Shown: positions 26,860-41,408, counted from the stretch's first letter. The stretch is 64,000 bases of DNA from Octopus sinensis (GCF_006345805.1 NC_043007.1:35960001-36024000); one strand, 5' to 3'. Numbers and translations are program-made. Notes: generated by a model from the sequence alone, not told the origin.

Positions 26860-27306
26860 AATGTTGATGACAGTGATAGTGGTGGTGACGATTATGATGA
26901 TAATGAGGATGATGGTGGTGGTGGTGGTGGTAGTGGTGGTGATGGTTATGATAATGAAGATGATGATGGTGGTGGTGGTGATTGTGATAATGAAGATGAT
27001 GATGTTGGAGGTGGTGACTGTGATAATGAAGATGATGATGATGATGGTGGAAGTGATTATGATGATTAAGATGTTGATAATGATGATGATGGTGGTGGTG
27101 ATTATGATGATAATGAGGATGATGGTGATGGCGATGATTAAGATGACAATGAAAATGAGGGTGGAGATGTAGGTGGTAACAGAAATATCGATGATGATGG
27201 TGATGATGATGATGGTGATAATAACGACGACGATGACGATGAAGATGATGATGATGACGATGATGATGACGATGATGATGACGGTGATGATGACGGTGAT
27301 GATAAC

Positions 27307-27339
<33 letters not shown>

Positions 27340-27378
27340 GGTGGTGGTGGTTGGTGGTGGTGGTGATGATGATGATAG

Positions 27379-27416
<38 letters not shown>

Positions 27417-27429
27417 GTGGTGGTGATGA

Positions 27430-27463
<34 letters not shown>

Positions 27464-27465
27464 GG

Positions 27466-27520
<55 letters not shown>

Positions 27521-27588
27521 GGTGATGATGGTGATGATTATGATGCTGATGATGAAGATGATGATGATGATGATGACGGTGATGACGG

Positions 27589-27629
<41 letters not shown>

Positions 27630-27682
27630 GTGATGATTATGATGCTGATGATGATGATGATGGTGGTAATGATTATGATGAT
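26860..27682. repeat. (GAT)n/(GGT)n trinucleotide low-complexity tract
   Basis: Seen directly; source of the spurious poly-D/H/M ORFs. Confidence 0.92.
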
Positions 27683-28249
27683 CCGCATGGAATAATACAA
27701 AAGTTTGTCGCGCCGGGCTCGCAGGAAGATTATGTTAAAAGTACGAGATCCTGCGGAATACGGTTCACTCCAGCCAGTCACACTGGAACTCGATGAGTAA
27801 GGAAGTTGCGTCTTACTTAATACAAGCAACTGGAAAACACACCCATCATGAAAACAAACCAAACGGATGATCTATTTACATCATTTATTTATTTTTTTTT
27901 TCCTCTTTCTATTTTTACTGTCTGCCTGACATTGCATATGAAGGTGGAGCACCTGGTGACGTCAGCACACATAGTGATGTAAACAAACGGAGGAAAAAAA
28001 AAAAACACACACACACCAATTTGTGATTCATTTCTTTTATATATTTAGTTTTAGTTTTATTAATTTATTTTTTGGTTCATTTATTGTTGATGTGAGGCAA
28101 ATTATTGATTGTTATTGTTATTGTTGTTGCAGTTTCTTTTTGGTTTCTTTTTGTTAATGTTGCACCCCCAACCGCCAGCCCCACCCCCACCACTCCTTAG
28201 CAGTGAATCACAAAATATTAAAAAAAAAAATATTGTCGTTGTTCCAATT

Positions 28250-28760
28250 CTCATCATCAAACCACAACTTCAACATTACAATTATCATCATCGTCAACAT
28301 CTCTACCACCACCACCACCACACCACCACCACCACCGTTACCACTACTGCCATCATCATCATCATCATTGTTGTCATTGCCATCATCATCATCATCAATA
28401 TCAGTCACTACCAATATCCCCTTTTTCAATCATGACCACCACCACCACCGTCACCACTACTACCATCATCATCATCATCAATATCAGTCACTACCAATAT
28501 CCCCTTTTTCAATCATGATCACCACCACCACCACCACCACCATCGTCATCAGCATCATCACCATCATCGTCGTCATCAATGCTACACAAACTACCCCCTC
28601 AACACTGTTGTCATCAGCACCAATTTTATCAAATCGTCATCATCACTGGCGTCATCATTTCCACAGCCACCACTGACACCCCTACCCTCATCCTCATTGT
28701 CGTCATCACTGTCATCATCGTTCTTGTTCATTGTCCTTATCAACTTCCATATCATAATCA
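28250..28760. repeat. (CAT)n/(CAC)n tract with an internal ~94-bp duplication
   Basis: ATCAATATCAGTCACTACCAATATCCCCTTTTTCAATCATGA occurs twice. Confidence 0.85.
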
Positions 28761-29094
28761 TAACTGGAGGCAAAGAGGGAAACTAATAAAATGACAGTTA
28801 GAAGATCGTATTTCACCAACAAATCATCTCTCTTATTCAACTATTTATTTGTCAAGCCAATATGGTGATTTGACCTGCTAAAAATAGCAGCTAAATACCC
28901 TCACCTTACACTTTACTATCAGAGCATCACATTGAACAATGCGGTATGAGATATACAAGATAAGATGGTCACTGGTCAGCTCAACCAGGGAAGGTTGAGC
29001 CTAGAGCAATATCTATCCATCTATCTGTCTACTTACACGTCAATATATCTACCTTATTCTCTTTATCTACTTACTTTGTACAGACCTACATTCT

Positions 29095-29370
<276 letters not shown>

Positions 29371-29979
29371 TAAAGGAAAAAAGAGAGCCACTTACTGTAA
29401 TGTGCTTTCTTTTTGCATGGCACTATTGCCCAAGGTTCCCGTGGTCTTTTCCGTAGGCTTTTCTATCCGCAGACAAACCTAATCTGTTTTCCCTTTTTAC
29501 ATTTCTGTGATACACAATCCCTATTGATCGTCCCCACTTTTTTTTTCTCACGATCCCTTTTGATTGGAATTTGACACACTTTTTTTTCCTTCTCTTCTCC
29601 CCCCCCCAAACTCTACTTTGTACTTTATCCCTTCTGTGTTCAGCCCTACGTGGCCAATAAAGAAATCGATCTATCTATCTGTCTGTCTATCTATCTATGC
29701 TTACATACACAACTTCATATCTATTTATTATTATTGTTTTGTCCTGAGTTGGTTCCTAGACCTATGATCAAAGTCATTCCAGTAGTGACCATCACATTTT
29801 TTCCCCTTTCTATAGACAATGTATCATAAAAAACATTAATCTCTGTGTTCTTACTTTTATAAGGATAATGAGATGTGCTTTGAGAGATGTTTAACTATTA
29901 TTTCCAGCAAGATGAATGGGCTTATAGTTTCACCTCTCACTGCCTTAACTGTTATTGTATTGTTGGTATCACTTTTGGC

Positions 29980-30910
29980 ATAGTGGCTGTGGTAGTTGTT
30001 TTCTTGTGGTGTTTGTTGTGGTATAGATAGGTGTAATTGTTGTTATTGTGGTAGTATTTGTGTTGTTGCTGAGGTGGTAGTATCTGTGCCATTATTGTTG
30101 TGGTATGTGTAGTTATTGTGATCAATGTACTTTTGTTGTGGTGGTGATGGTATGTAGTGGTGGTATCTGTTCTAGTGATGTTTTGATGGTAGTGATGATA
30201 ACTGTTGTTGGAGTGGTAGAGGTGGTGATATCTGTGTTGTTGTGGTAGTGGTAATTGTGATATCTCTGCTGGTGTAGTAGTGGTGATCGCTGTGTTGTTG
30301 TGGTGGTAATTGTGATGTCTGTGCTGTTGATGTGCTAGTAGTGGTGATATCCATGTGGTGGTGTAGTGATATCTGTGTTGTGGTAGTGGTAGTGTTGATA
30401 TCTGTGCTGGTGGTGGTAGCAGTGATATCTGTCGTTGTTGTGAGGTAGTGGTGATATCTGTGTTGTTGTGGGGTAGTGGTGATATTTGTGTTGTGGTGAT
30501 ACTGTATTGTTGCAGTGGTAGTGGTGATACTGTATTGTTGTAGTGGTAGTGTTGATATCTGTGTTGTGGTGGTGGTAGTGAGGATATGTGTTGTTGTGGT
30601 AGTGGTTATACCTGTGTTGTTATTATGGTGGTGGTAGTAGTGATATCTGTGTTGTTGTGGTGGTGGTAGTGGTAGTATCTGCGTCGTTGTGGTGGTGGTA
30701 GTGGTGATATCTGTCGCTGTGGTGGCGGTAGTGGTGATATATATGTCGTTGTGGTGGTGATATCTGTGTTGTTGAGGTGTTGGTAGTGGTGATATCTGTG
30801 TTATTGTGGTGGTGGTATTGGTAATATCTGTGTTGTTGTGGTGATGGTAGTGGTGATATCTGTGCAGTGGTGGTGGTGACATTTGTGACTAGTGGTGATA
30901 TCTGTTATGA
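29980..30910. repeat. Degenerate ~25-32-bp minisatellite GTGGTAGTGGTGATATCTGTGTTGTT
   Basis: GATATCTGTG core recurs many times between GTG/GTT triplets. Confidence 0.85.
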
Positions 30911-32137
30911 CATGTGCTGTACTATAACAATATAGTACTCCATCAATCAATAATTTCCAAACTTTTTAAAAATTAATAATTTAAAAACATTTCTTTATAT
31001 TACTGTTTATTAAAATTTTTTTTTTAAACAGCCACCATAAAGACACCCCTGAAACCCTACCGGCAAATTTCGTCCTTTTGTTAAGGACCCTGCGTCACCA
31101 TAACTGTTTTATTTCCTGTATAAAAATGATACATTGTTATAATTTGTCATTATATTGTTTTCAAAATATCAACGAAATAGTTAATAACTGTGGTTGTTAT
31201 GGCATTGCTTCCGTTAGTTGTGATATACGTTGTTGAGGTAGTAAGTGATAATTAGTGATATCTGAGCTTGTTATTATGGTGATATCATAAAGTGCGTACG
31301 TGTGTGTGTTTGTGACAGTCTGTGTGTGAGTGTTTGTGTGCGTATTTGTGTCAGTGTGTGTAAAGGTGGTGGGAAGGCGGATATATCAAAAAATGAATAA
31401 ATAAATAAATGACTCACGAAATTAACCAATGAAATGGCTAGAAATCATATTGAGACGATAGGAGGAGGCAGAGGAGAAAGCGACAGGACACATACATACA
31501 CACACATACGCACACACACACGTGTATGTGTTAGTTATATAGTATTTATATGCTGCGCGTGCATTCCTGTTATTTATTTTTCTCTCGTGCTAGGACAGCA
31601 GGTACTGCTATTAATTTATCCGGAGGCTTACCACTGGATTTAGCAAGCTTTTTATTAATATACTGTACTGTTGCTACTACAATTACCTATTATCATCACC
31701 ACCACCACCACTCTTATTATTACTATTGCTGAATGTGCGGGAAGGAAGGAGGTGGGACTTGACCTATCTTTTCTTGTGTACATATATATTTGTATATCAA
31801 CACTCTTGAACTTAGTAGATTTGTTAAAATAACGTGTAGAAAGTTTGTTGTCAAGAAAGTGAAAGGAAAGATCTTCTTCCGTGTTGTTTTGTATCACGAG
31901 CTAAACTCAAAACAAAACTGTTTTCTTTTTTTATGATATTGCGAGAGAGAGAGAGAAATTTTATCTTATTTTTATATATAATATATAAATTCGTTCACAC
32001 GGATTACTTTTATTGTTGAAATCATATTTAGAAATTCAATAACCACCACCAAAGTCAACATTGAAAATTACCTGATAATTTGTAAGTAGAAAAACCACTC
32101 CACTAAACAATTTGATGAATTCTGTGTGTGTGTATAA

Positions 32138-32179
<42 letters not shown>

Positions 32180-32182
<3 letters not shown>

Positions 32183-32318
32183 TAATCTACAAACTATATA
32201 TTTCGTTGTCGATTATGGATTAAATGTTTATTCACTTTCAGACTTGTCTTTGAATTATTTTCTAAGTAACTAGAAATAGCTTTCTTTGAAGTTGTCACCT
32301 TCTGTAATATGTATGTGT

Positions 32319-32352
<34 letters not shown>

Positions 32353-32364
32353 GTATATATATAC

Positions 32365-32433
<69 letters not shown>

Positions 32434-32572
32434 ACACATACATATTACAGAAGGTGACAACTTCAAAGAAAGCTATTTCTAGTTACTTAGAAAATAATTC
32501 AAAGACAAGTCTGAAAGTGAATAAACATTTAATCCATAATCGACAACGAAATATATAGTTTGTAGATTAAAC
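32180..32572. repeat. Perfect long inverted repeat (~140-bp unique arms, CA/TA spacer)
   Basis: 32180-32320 is the reverse complement of 32432-32572; ORFs 32194-32466(-) and 32286-32558(+) translate identically at both ends. Confidence 0.95.
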
Positions 32573-33081
32573 ATATATATATATATATATATATATATTA
32601 TACTTGGAGACATGTAAAGGCTTAAAAAAGTTTGATATACACTTAAAAGAGAGAAAAAAAAAACATTGATTTCTCATCACGAAGAGAAAAAAAGGCTGTT
32701 TTATTATTTTTAAGAATTATTGGCGGAGTTATTATTTTTCTGCTTTAATATATTTTGTTTTAATTTGCGCGGTTCTGTTCCTTCTCTTACAAAAACATCC
32801 TCTTCGTTGATGGACTATTTTTCTAAACGTTTTATATGAAGTTCAGTCACAAATTGTTCAATTGCAAAGGTCATTTTTTTTTTACTTTTACGTTTTATTT
32901 AATTCTTAAATGACACTGTAATTACTTTTCTGAACAGAACACACACACACGTGTGTGTGGTCCTTGAACTACGGGGAGGTCGGTAATACTTGGAACAAGC
33001 TATAACGCAAGGCGACATCGCCACAAATAATTGTTATTGATGTTTGTGGAAACTATCGATTTCTGCTTTTGATAACTTTGG

Positions 33082-33172
33082 GCGAAGGTAAAGAATACGC
33101 ACACCCAGTATTTAGGGGTTTAGGGTTAAGGTTACACTGAAAACGGTTGGTGTGCGTATTCTTTACCTCCGC
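33082..33172. mobile_element. Tiny MITE with TTAGGG-like interior
   Basis: 24-bp TIRs GCG(A/G)AGGTAAAGAATACGCACACC; flanking TAACTT(T/C)G direct repeat. Confidence 0.7.
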
Positions 33173-33544
33173 TAACTTCGATATATATATAATGTATATA
33201 CATGTATGTAAGAATAATTAAATACATCGTGTTTATAAAAGATAAACTTCGATAGTTTTCAGCCGATATTATAGGCCCAAACATCAATATATAATAGCTT
33301 TTAAACTTCTTAACTACCATTATTAACAGATTTAGCGAAGCACGTGTATATTTGTTTGCAAGCTTTTATTTAATGCGTACATACGCGTGTGTTTGTGTGT
33401 ATAATAAAAATGGAACGAGACAAAACAATTTGCATTACTGTCAATTAGTCTATAATCATTTCTGTTTTTCATTAGTATTATTGAACTTTTCAATCTATTC
33501 CCCTCACATAGTTCACTGCTTTTGCAATAATTAATTAGTTCTGT

Positions 33545-33578
<34 letters not shown>

Positions 33579-36281
33579 GGCTGTATGTGTATCTATACTA
33601 TAATATATATATACACACACACACTGCTGCGAACAAGCTTTGGAAGGCTGCCTTTGTGACATTAAGTAGCATAGTTCAAGGCTTGCTCGACGTAAACAAA
33701 TGTTGTCTCTAGGGATGTTGTTAGTGGCGGGGTCGTTTTCATGTTTTATCTGTACCACATACACGCTGAGATGGAAAATGTTCATCCCTTTTTCTGTCCG
33801 TGTGTGTGTTTGTCTGAGACTTTTTTTTTTCTGTCACCTAACAAAATATTTTCTTGTCTGTTGGGATTTTACGAAAAATATATTAAAGAAGAGAGAATGA
33901 GAGAAAGAAAAATTAGCATATATATACACATTGAGATGGAAAATGTTCATCACTATTTCAGTGTGTGTCAGGCTGGGACTTTTTTTTTTCGTCACACAAC
34001 AATATTCTCATGTCTTTGTTGAGATTTTGGGAAAATATGATGTTAAGGAAGAGAGAGTGAGAGAAAGAAAGAAAAATGAAAGATTAAAGACCGACGTCTG
34101 GTAAAATTTTGTTAGTGTTTTTCCTGTGAGAAATATTGCGAAGAAAATAGAATTTCGTGTACGACTGCGCGCATTCACACACACACATGTACGTATATTT
34201 CTTTTGTTTCAGTAATTGTACAGCGGCCATACTGGGGCACCTTCTTGAAGGTTTTCATTCTGTTTCTGTCCATCAATTCCACAACCAATGGTACCTACCA
34301 TGCTGTGGGACTGAACCCGAAATCATGCGGTTGGGAAGCAAGCTTGTTATCACTTAACTATTAGTTTACAGTCTTATAAATCTGTTTAGGATTTTTCTTT
34401 ATATCTTCAAAACAGACTCAAAAACCAATAAACTCGTTAAATATATATTTATGCTGTGGAATCCGCTTATTAAAACCACGGACAATGTTATCAAATTGGG
34501 AAAGACTTACGCCCTAAAGTGATTACATTAAGCAGCATTCACGGTTTAACCCCACTTCTCTAAATTTTCCTCAGTACTTTTTTTTTTACTTTGTGAATGT
34601 TCTTGTCCTTTACACACACATACACATGTGTTTATAGACATAGATATATGTGTGTGTGTTTATAGGCTTACATACGGTTGGTTGTACAAACAGGAGAAAA
34701 AGTACTAAGTACACGAAGAAGTTATTCGAAGTTGATGACTTTCTTTACTCTGTCCAAGTTCAATTTTGAGCGGTCTTTTTCTTACCCCCCGCTTTTCTTT
34801 TTTTGTCGCACATGGCGAGTGACTCTGAGCTGTGACTGAGTAAAACCTTTTGCTTTTAAAAGAATAACAAATATATAGAATATAATCAGTGAGGCGTCGC
34901 ATGTGCGTAGTGGATTTATATCGATTTCTGACAGGCACAACAAACAACACATCTGGGTCGTTGATTCAGGCTAACCAATAACTTAACTGGGTTCTTTTCT
35001 TTGAAAGGATGAAACTGTTGGAAAACTACGTATTTGTACACTTCAAATGCAGACAAAATATTTTCCAATACCTTTAATCTTTTACTTGTTTCAGTTATTG
35101 GAATGCGGCCATGCTGGGGCAATGCCTTTAATGGTTTTAGTTGAACAAATCGACCCCACTCCTTTTTAAAATGTCTTATACTTATCCTAGCGGTGTGTTT
35201 TTGTCGAATCAAGTTACGGGAACGTAAACAAACCAATATCGGTTGTCAAGCAGTGGGAATGGACACACACACATGCGCGGTTATGGTGATAACATGAAAA
35301 AATTGTCTTCCTTGGAATTTCTCACAATTCTTCCCTCTCTCGACTTTGTTTTTCTTCGCAGTTCCCTTTAAATTGCGTATTTTTAATCAAGTGAATTTGG
35401 TAGATTAAAACTAGAAGCCTGTCGTGTTGTATGCGTTTGTCCCTCAACAGCGCTTCACAATCGGTGTTGGTTTGTTCACGTCCTCATTACTCATCGGTTC
35501 GGCAAAAAGAAAGGTAGAATCAGACTTTAAGAATGAGTACTAGGGTCGATTTGTTCGACTAAACTCCTTCAAAGGCGATGCCTTCGCATGGCTGCTGTCC
35601 AATGACTGAAACAAAAAAATAATGGGATGTGATTTGAGAGATGTTTAGCTATTATTTCCAGCAGGCTCAGTGAGCTTATAGATTCTCCCCTCATTGTCTC
35701 AACTGGTATTGTGTTGTTAATTTTTGTATAGTGGTTCTGGTTGTTGTGATATTGTAAAAACGTGCCAAAAGTCTTCAACTGAATTAAAAACACAATGAGA
35801 AAGTGAAAGTTCACTATTGTATATACAGACTATTGTTTACATTTTAAATACGCATTACTTTCATTTTCTTGCTGGAGTATTCTGTTAACAGAAGTCAAAA
35901 CCATTGACTCTGATTATGTGAATTTTATCAATTCTGAAAAGATGGACGGGAAAGTCGGGCCACGGTTGGATTCTTCAGTATTTATTTATTAGTTCTTGTT
36001 TGGCTCCAAGCTCAACGCTCATTCACCAAATCTATGTATGATCAAAGGTTTTGCAGCTGTGACCATCAGCTCATTGTTTTAGAGAGATATGTGTCTTTAT
36101 TTAAGACGCTAAGGTGTGATTTGCCGGAGAATTGCATGCTATTTCTAGCTGGTGAATCAACCCCGTAAATACCTCTTTGTTGACTCAATACTGGCAGTAT
36201 TGTAGAAATGAGCTTTGTGAAAATATGTGCGTGTATACATATATGTACTTGCGTGTGTGACTGTGGTAGTGTGTGTGTGTG

Positions 36282-36356
<75 letters not shown>

Positions 36357-37274
36357 CACATGGGCCCAGTTTCAATGGAGTATGTGTTCCCTAGCTGGAT
36401 GGAACGTCAGTCCATCGCAGCGTTACTCATTTTTGCCAGCTGAGTGGACTGTTTTGCTCAAGAACACAATACATCGCCTGGTCCAGGAATCGAAACTACA
36501 ATCTTACGATCATGATGCTGACACCCTAACGACTAAGCCACGCGCCTCCACGCACGCACACACACACACACACAAATAAAAGAGAGAGGGGGCTTATAAT
36601 ATGTATGGTAGTTTATATCAAACTTTGTTACTATCCAGAAACTTTCCTCAATGTGTGCGCGCGCGCAACCAATAATCCTGACATGTTTTATTTTTCGTCT
36701 CGAAGAGCGTAGGTTCGAAACGTCAAAGACTTCCATTTTTCCTGAGTCTCAAACTAATACATCTGTTTGCTGTTCCCTCACCTGTCTCTGTCTTTTTGTT
36801 TTCTATACATTTGAACAATAGTCATCACGTCTTTGACTGTTCATGGTTTTCGTATGACTTGATAAGCTTTCTCCATACAAGTCGGTTTTTCGCTTGAGTT
36901 TGTCATTTACGATCAATTTCTTTTTGCAGTATCTTTGAATCTCAGGCTAGGACTTACATAGTTTCCTTTTCCTTTGTATCATTGGGAGCAAAAGTGTTGT
37001 GGGTGGAAGGGGGTCTGCTGTTGATGTGTTTCAACCAACGTAAATTTCTATCAATGAGGATACATAACACGACAGATGAGTTAACCTACTTTCATCTGAC
37101 ACGTGTTTCCCCAATAATAATATCCGTTATATAAGGAAAAACTTATAATAAGCAGATTACGTTATCAAATCATCATGCAAGGTTTCCTTTATATAATATG
37201 CCAAAATTTTAAACCGTTATTATTATTAATAATAATAATAATGAAATATGTGTAAGATGACTTAATTGAATAAT

Positions 37275-37679
37275 TTACTCTTTACTCTTTTACCTGTTTC
37301 AGTCATTTGACTGGAGCCATGCTGGAGCACCGCCTTTAGTCGAGCAAATTGCTCCCAGGACTTATTCTTTGTAAGCCTGGTACTTATTCTATTGGTCTCT
37401 TTTGCTGAACCGCTAAGTTACGGGGATGTAAACACACTAGCATCGGCTGTCAAGTGATGTTGGGAGGACAAACACAGACACAAACATATACACACATATA
37501 TATATATATATATATATACGACGGGCTTCTTTCAGTTTCTGTCTACCAAATCCACTCAAGGCTTTGGTCAGCCTGAGGCTGTAGTAGAAGACACTTGCCC
37601 AAGGTGCCATGCATTGGTACTGAACCCGGAACCATGTGGTTGATAAACAAGCTACTTACCACACAGCCACTCCTACGCC
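37275..37679 (-). mobile_element. SINE family A
   Basis: Matches the family A consensus. Confidence 0.85.
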
Positions 37680-39801
37680 AATGTGGACAAATTCTTGTTT
37701 TTTTCTTTCATATGTAATCTGTAATTTATCTAACTCTGGAGATTGGTGAAAGGAATCTTGGACATCATAATACAAGTTATTGCAATTTTCTCTTTGGATG
37801 TATAAGAATACACGTAAAATTTTTGTTATCATACAATTGAAATTCCACGCATATATATATAGATGTATATTATAGTGCAACATGTATACGCATGGGTGTG
37901 TGGTAAAGAAGCCTCCTTCCAACCACATGATCCCATTGTGCGGCACTATCGGCATGTCTTCTGTTATAGCAAAGTGGATTTAATAGACGGAAACTGAAAG
38001 AAGCCCATTGTACTTGTGTGTGTGCTTGCATGAGTATTTGTGTCTGTCTCTACCACCACTTGGTGGCTGGTATTGGTCTGTTTACATCCCTCCAACTTAA
38101 CGGTGCGGCAACAGGGATCGATAGAATGAGTGCCATGCTTAAAACATAAGTATTGGTGCTGATTGTGTCTGGGGAGAGTCATTTTCTTTTTGTGCTTTAT
38201 AATGTAACACTCACCGGTAAAAATTCCACTTTTTTCTTATTTTTATTTTCCAAATATTTTCGTTGCGTCTTGCAACCTTTCCAATAGTTTTAACAGAATA
38301 TACTCTTATAAAGAATCTTGCAAACCAAATTCAAAAACGAAATATTGGTGCTGATTTGTGTGATTAAACCCTTTGAGGTAGTGCCCCAGCATGACCGCAG
38401 TCTAATGACTGAGATGTATCTGTGCTGATTGCTGAGAAATATTGAAGACATAAAAAAGAAAAAAAAAGATTTTACTTAATGAATCAGCAGTTTAAATGTA
38501 TGAGTTCATTTGCAAGGAATGCAGGAATATGGTTTGGTTTGTCTGTGAGGAATTTTCGTGAGGTAATGATGGGGGGTGGGTGGATAAATGGGTGAAAAAA
38601 AAAAATACGTGTGTGACAAAAATGCAAGTCACTGAAGAAATATGTCCTTTGTTGGTTTTAAATCGATGCTTCTATTTGATGTCATGAAATAGTTTTTCAG
38701 CTTGTTAGGATTGCTTAGCATCAGCACCACTTTGATCCAGCGAATCTTTCATGATCAAACTCTTTCTAGCCTTGACCGTTTTATTTTGTTGTTGTTGTTG
38801 TTGTTAAGACGGCAGGTGGCAGAATCGTTAGCATGCCAGGCAAAATGTTAAGTGACATTCTGTTTGTCCTTATGTTCTGAGTTGAAATTCTGCCGAGGTC
38901 GACTTTGCCTTTCATCCTTTCGGAGGGCGATAAAATAAGTACCAGTTACGCACTGGGGTTGATGCAATCAACTCATCCCTCTCTTCCAAAACTGCTGCCC
39001 TTGTGGCAAAATTTGAAACTATTATTATTATTATTATTATTGCAGTGTCTCTAAAAACATTCATTGTATAACTAATATGGTTTAATAAATAACCAATATA
39101 AATGTTAGTCGGTTGATTTCTCTGATCATGCTTTCTACAGATAGTATGAGGTACAGGCTGATTGTACATACTAGGCTTAGTAGCAGGCAATGAGTAAAAG
39201 AATGCTACACTCTAAGTGAAGGAAAGAATCGAAGAGACAGGAAGTGGATAAGAGGGAGTAAATGATAGTTATGGAAGGAGTTATACAAATGAGAAATTTG
39301 TTTTAATTTGATATAAAGTGATAGATTTTTTTGGCAAGTATTAAAAAATCCGAAGTAAAAAAAATAATTGTATGTATACCATTATTCTTGATGTACATTT
39401 GTTTCATCTATGGATAGACTTATGAACTCCTGTTCATCTTTTATTGAGACATGGTAAGTCGGGGTGTGATTTGATAGTGACTTTGGTTGCTATTCTACCA
39501 AGAAACTGTTGTTGCTTAGCCCCAGGTCATCTACAGTGGTGCAGGTTGTTGGAAAGAAAATTATTCTGCCTCTACGCTGTCATTGTTCAATCTTCCTGAA
39601 ACTGTTACCCAAGCCTCTCTCATTGCATTACCTTCAAAGATAAAGTGTGTAATGTCATTGATTTACAAAGACGAAAAAGCAACAGTTTGGATTTACGACA
39701 CTTTTGCATAATAGCAACAATATATATATATATATACACACACCTATTGTCCATGGTGGTGAAAATTATTTTACTTTCTGTATTCATACACACGTATGTA
39801 A

Positions 39802-39832
<31 letters not shown>

Positions 39833-39878
39833 ATATATATATATAAATACACATTCTTTTAACTGCTTTTACAACATG

Positions 39879-39921
<43 letters not shown>

Positions 39922-39979
39922 CACATTCTTTTAACTGCTTTTACAACATACACATTCTTTTAACTGCTTTTACAACATG

Positions 39980-40039
<60 letters not shown>

Positions 40040-41353
40040 CATATATATATATATATATAATATACATGTTGTAAAAGCAGTTAAAAGAATGATTTGAATT
40101 TAGGATTATAAAAGCGAAGATATCAATGAGAGTTGACCTTGGGCTAAGCAGCAACAAGGCCGTAAACAGATGTACACAATCGTACTCCTCCGTGTATAAA
40201 CACACACACAAAAGTACTTAAGCAAATGTACTTCAGTATGCAAACAAAAAGGACCGACACTATTTGTGTATCAACACATATACAGTTTATACACGCATTG
40301 TCTAATGTCTATACGCAACCTCACATACATCCAACCTAATATTTTACTTGTGCTTCTTGTGTATAAACATGAACACACGGCGAAATTATGTATAAAAGGC
40401 ATGCATGTAGGTATTATCCAAGGAGAGTATGCAAAGACATCTTGCTTCACACGCACTTAGGCATTAATACACTCCATCATTGATGCACATAAAATGGTAC
40501 AGAGACGAATTATCTCAGCGGATAATTTTGTTATCGCAGTGTGTTGCTGGAAGTTTTGAGGTGTATTTACAGCTGTTCTGTGTTTTTGTGGACCCCCCAA
40601 GGCAAGGAGCATTTTAATCCACCTGCTTTTACTCTGCATGACAATACTCCTGCCTACTTCAGAACCTAGTGGTTAACGATATAAATGTAATCTATTAACG
40701 ATTAAAAGACCACAAGTGCATGCGTGCGTGTGTTGCTTTTGCTTTTTATAATGGTTTTTATGTACACATACATGCTTAATCTTTCAGTATATAAATATAT
40801 CTCAGATGCAATAAAATGTGTTCAATATATGTAAGCGTATGTGTGTGTGTGAAAAATAATACAGCACACATGCACATCATCATCATCACCATTACCATTT
40901 TGATGTCTGTTTTCTGAAGCTTGCATGGCTCAGATGATATTTGTTGATGCAGATTTACTTTGGCACAAAGGACTGGAAACAAACAATGACACTTGTCTGA
41001 TAGTGATGCTCATTTACACCCATTACTGAGCCTAGAACCAAGTAGTTGAGAAGCAAGCTTAATCTCTCAGCTATGTTTGCACTTATACACACACAGATAA
41101 ATACATGCATAGGCATACACATATTGTTTCAGTCATAGGACACTGCCTTGAAAGATTTAGTTAAAGAAACCAATTCTAGTATTTAAGTTGCCTTTCCTTT
41201 GGATAATATCAATAGTATGGAGAGGGGAGGCTGGTATGCATGGGTGACTGCTGGTCTCTCATAAACCACCTTGCCTGGACTTGTGCCTTGAGGTGGGGGG
41301 GACTTTCTAGGTGCAATCTCATGGTCATTCATGACTGAGGGGAGTCTTTCCCG

Positions 41354-41404
<51 letters not shown>

Positions 41405-41408
41405 GTAT

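Noticed and set aside
26825-27862. 345-aa poly-I/poly-H ORF and overlapping poly-D/M ORFs
   Set aside because: Triplet-repeat artefacts
30172-30882. 236-aa Thr/His-rich mucin-like ORF
   Set aside because: Minisatellite translation with shifting register and no splice or start support
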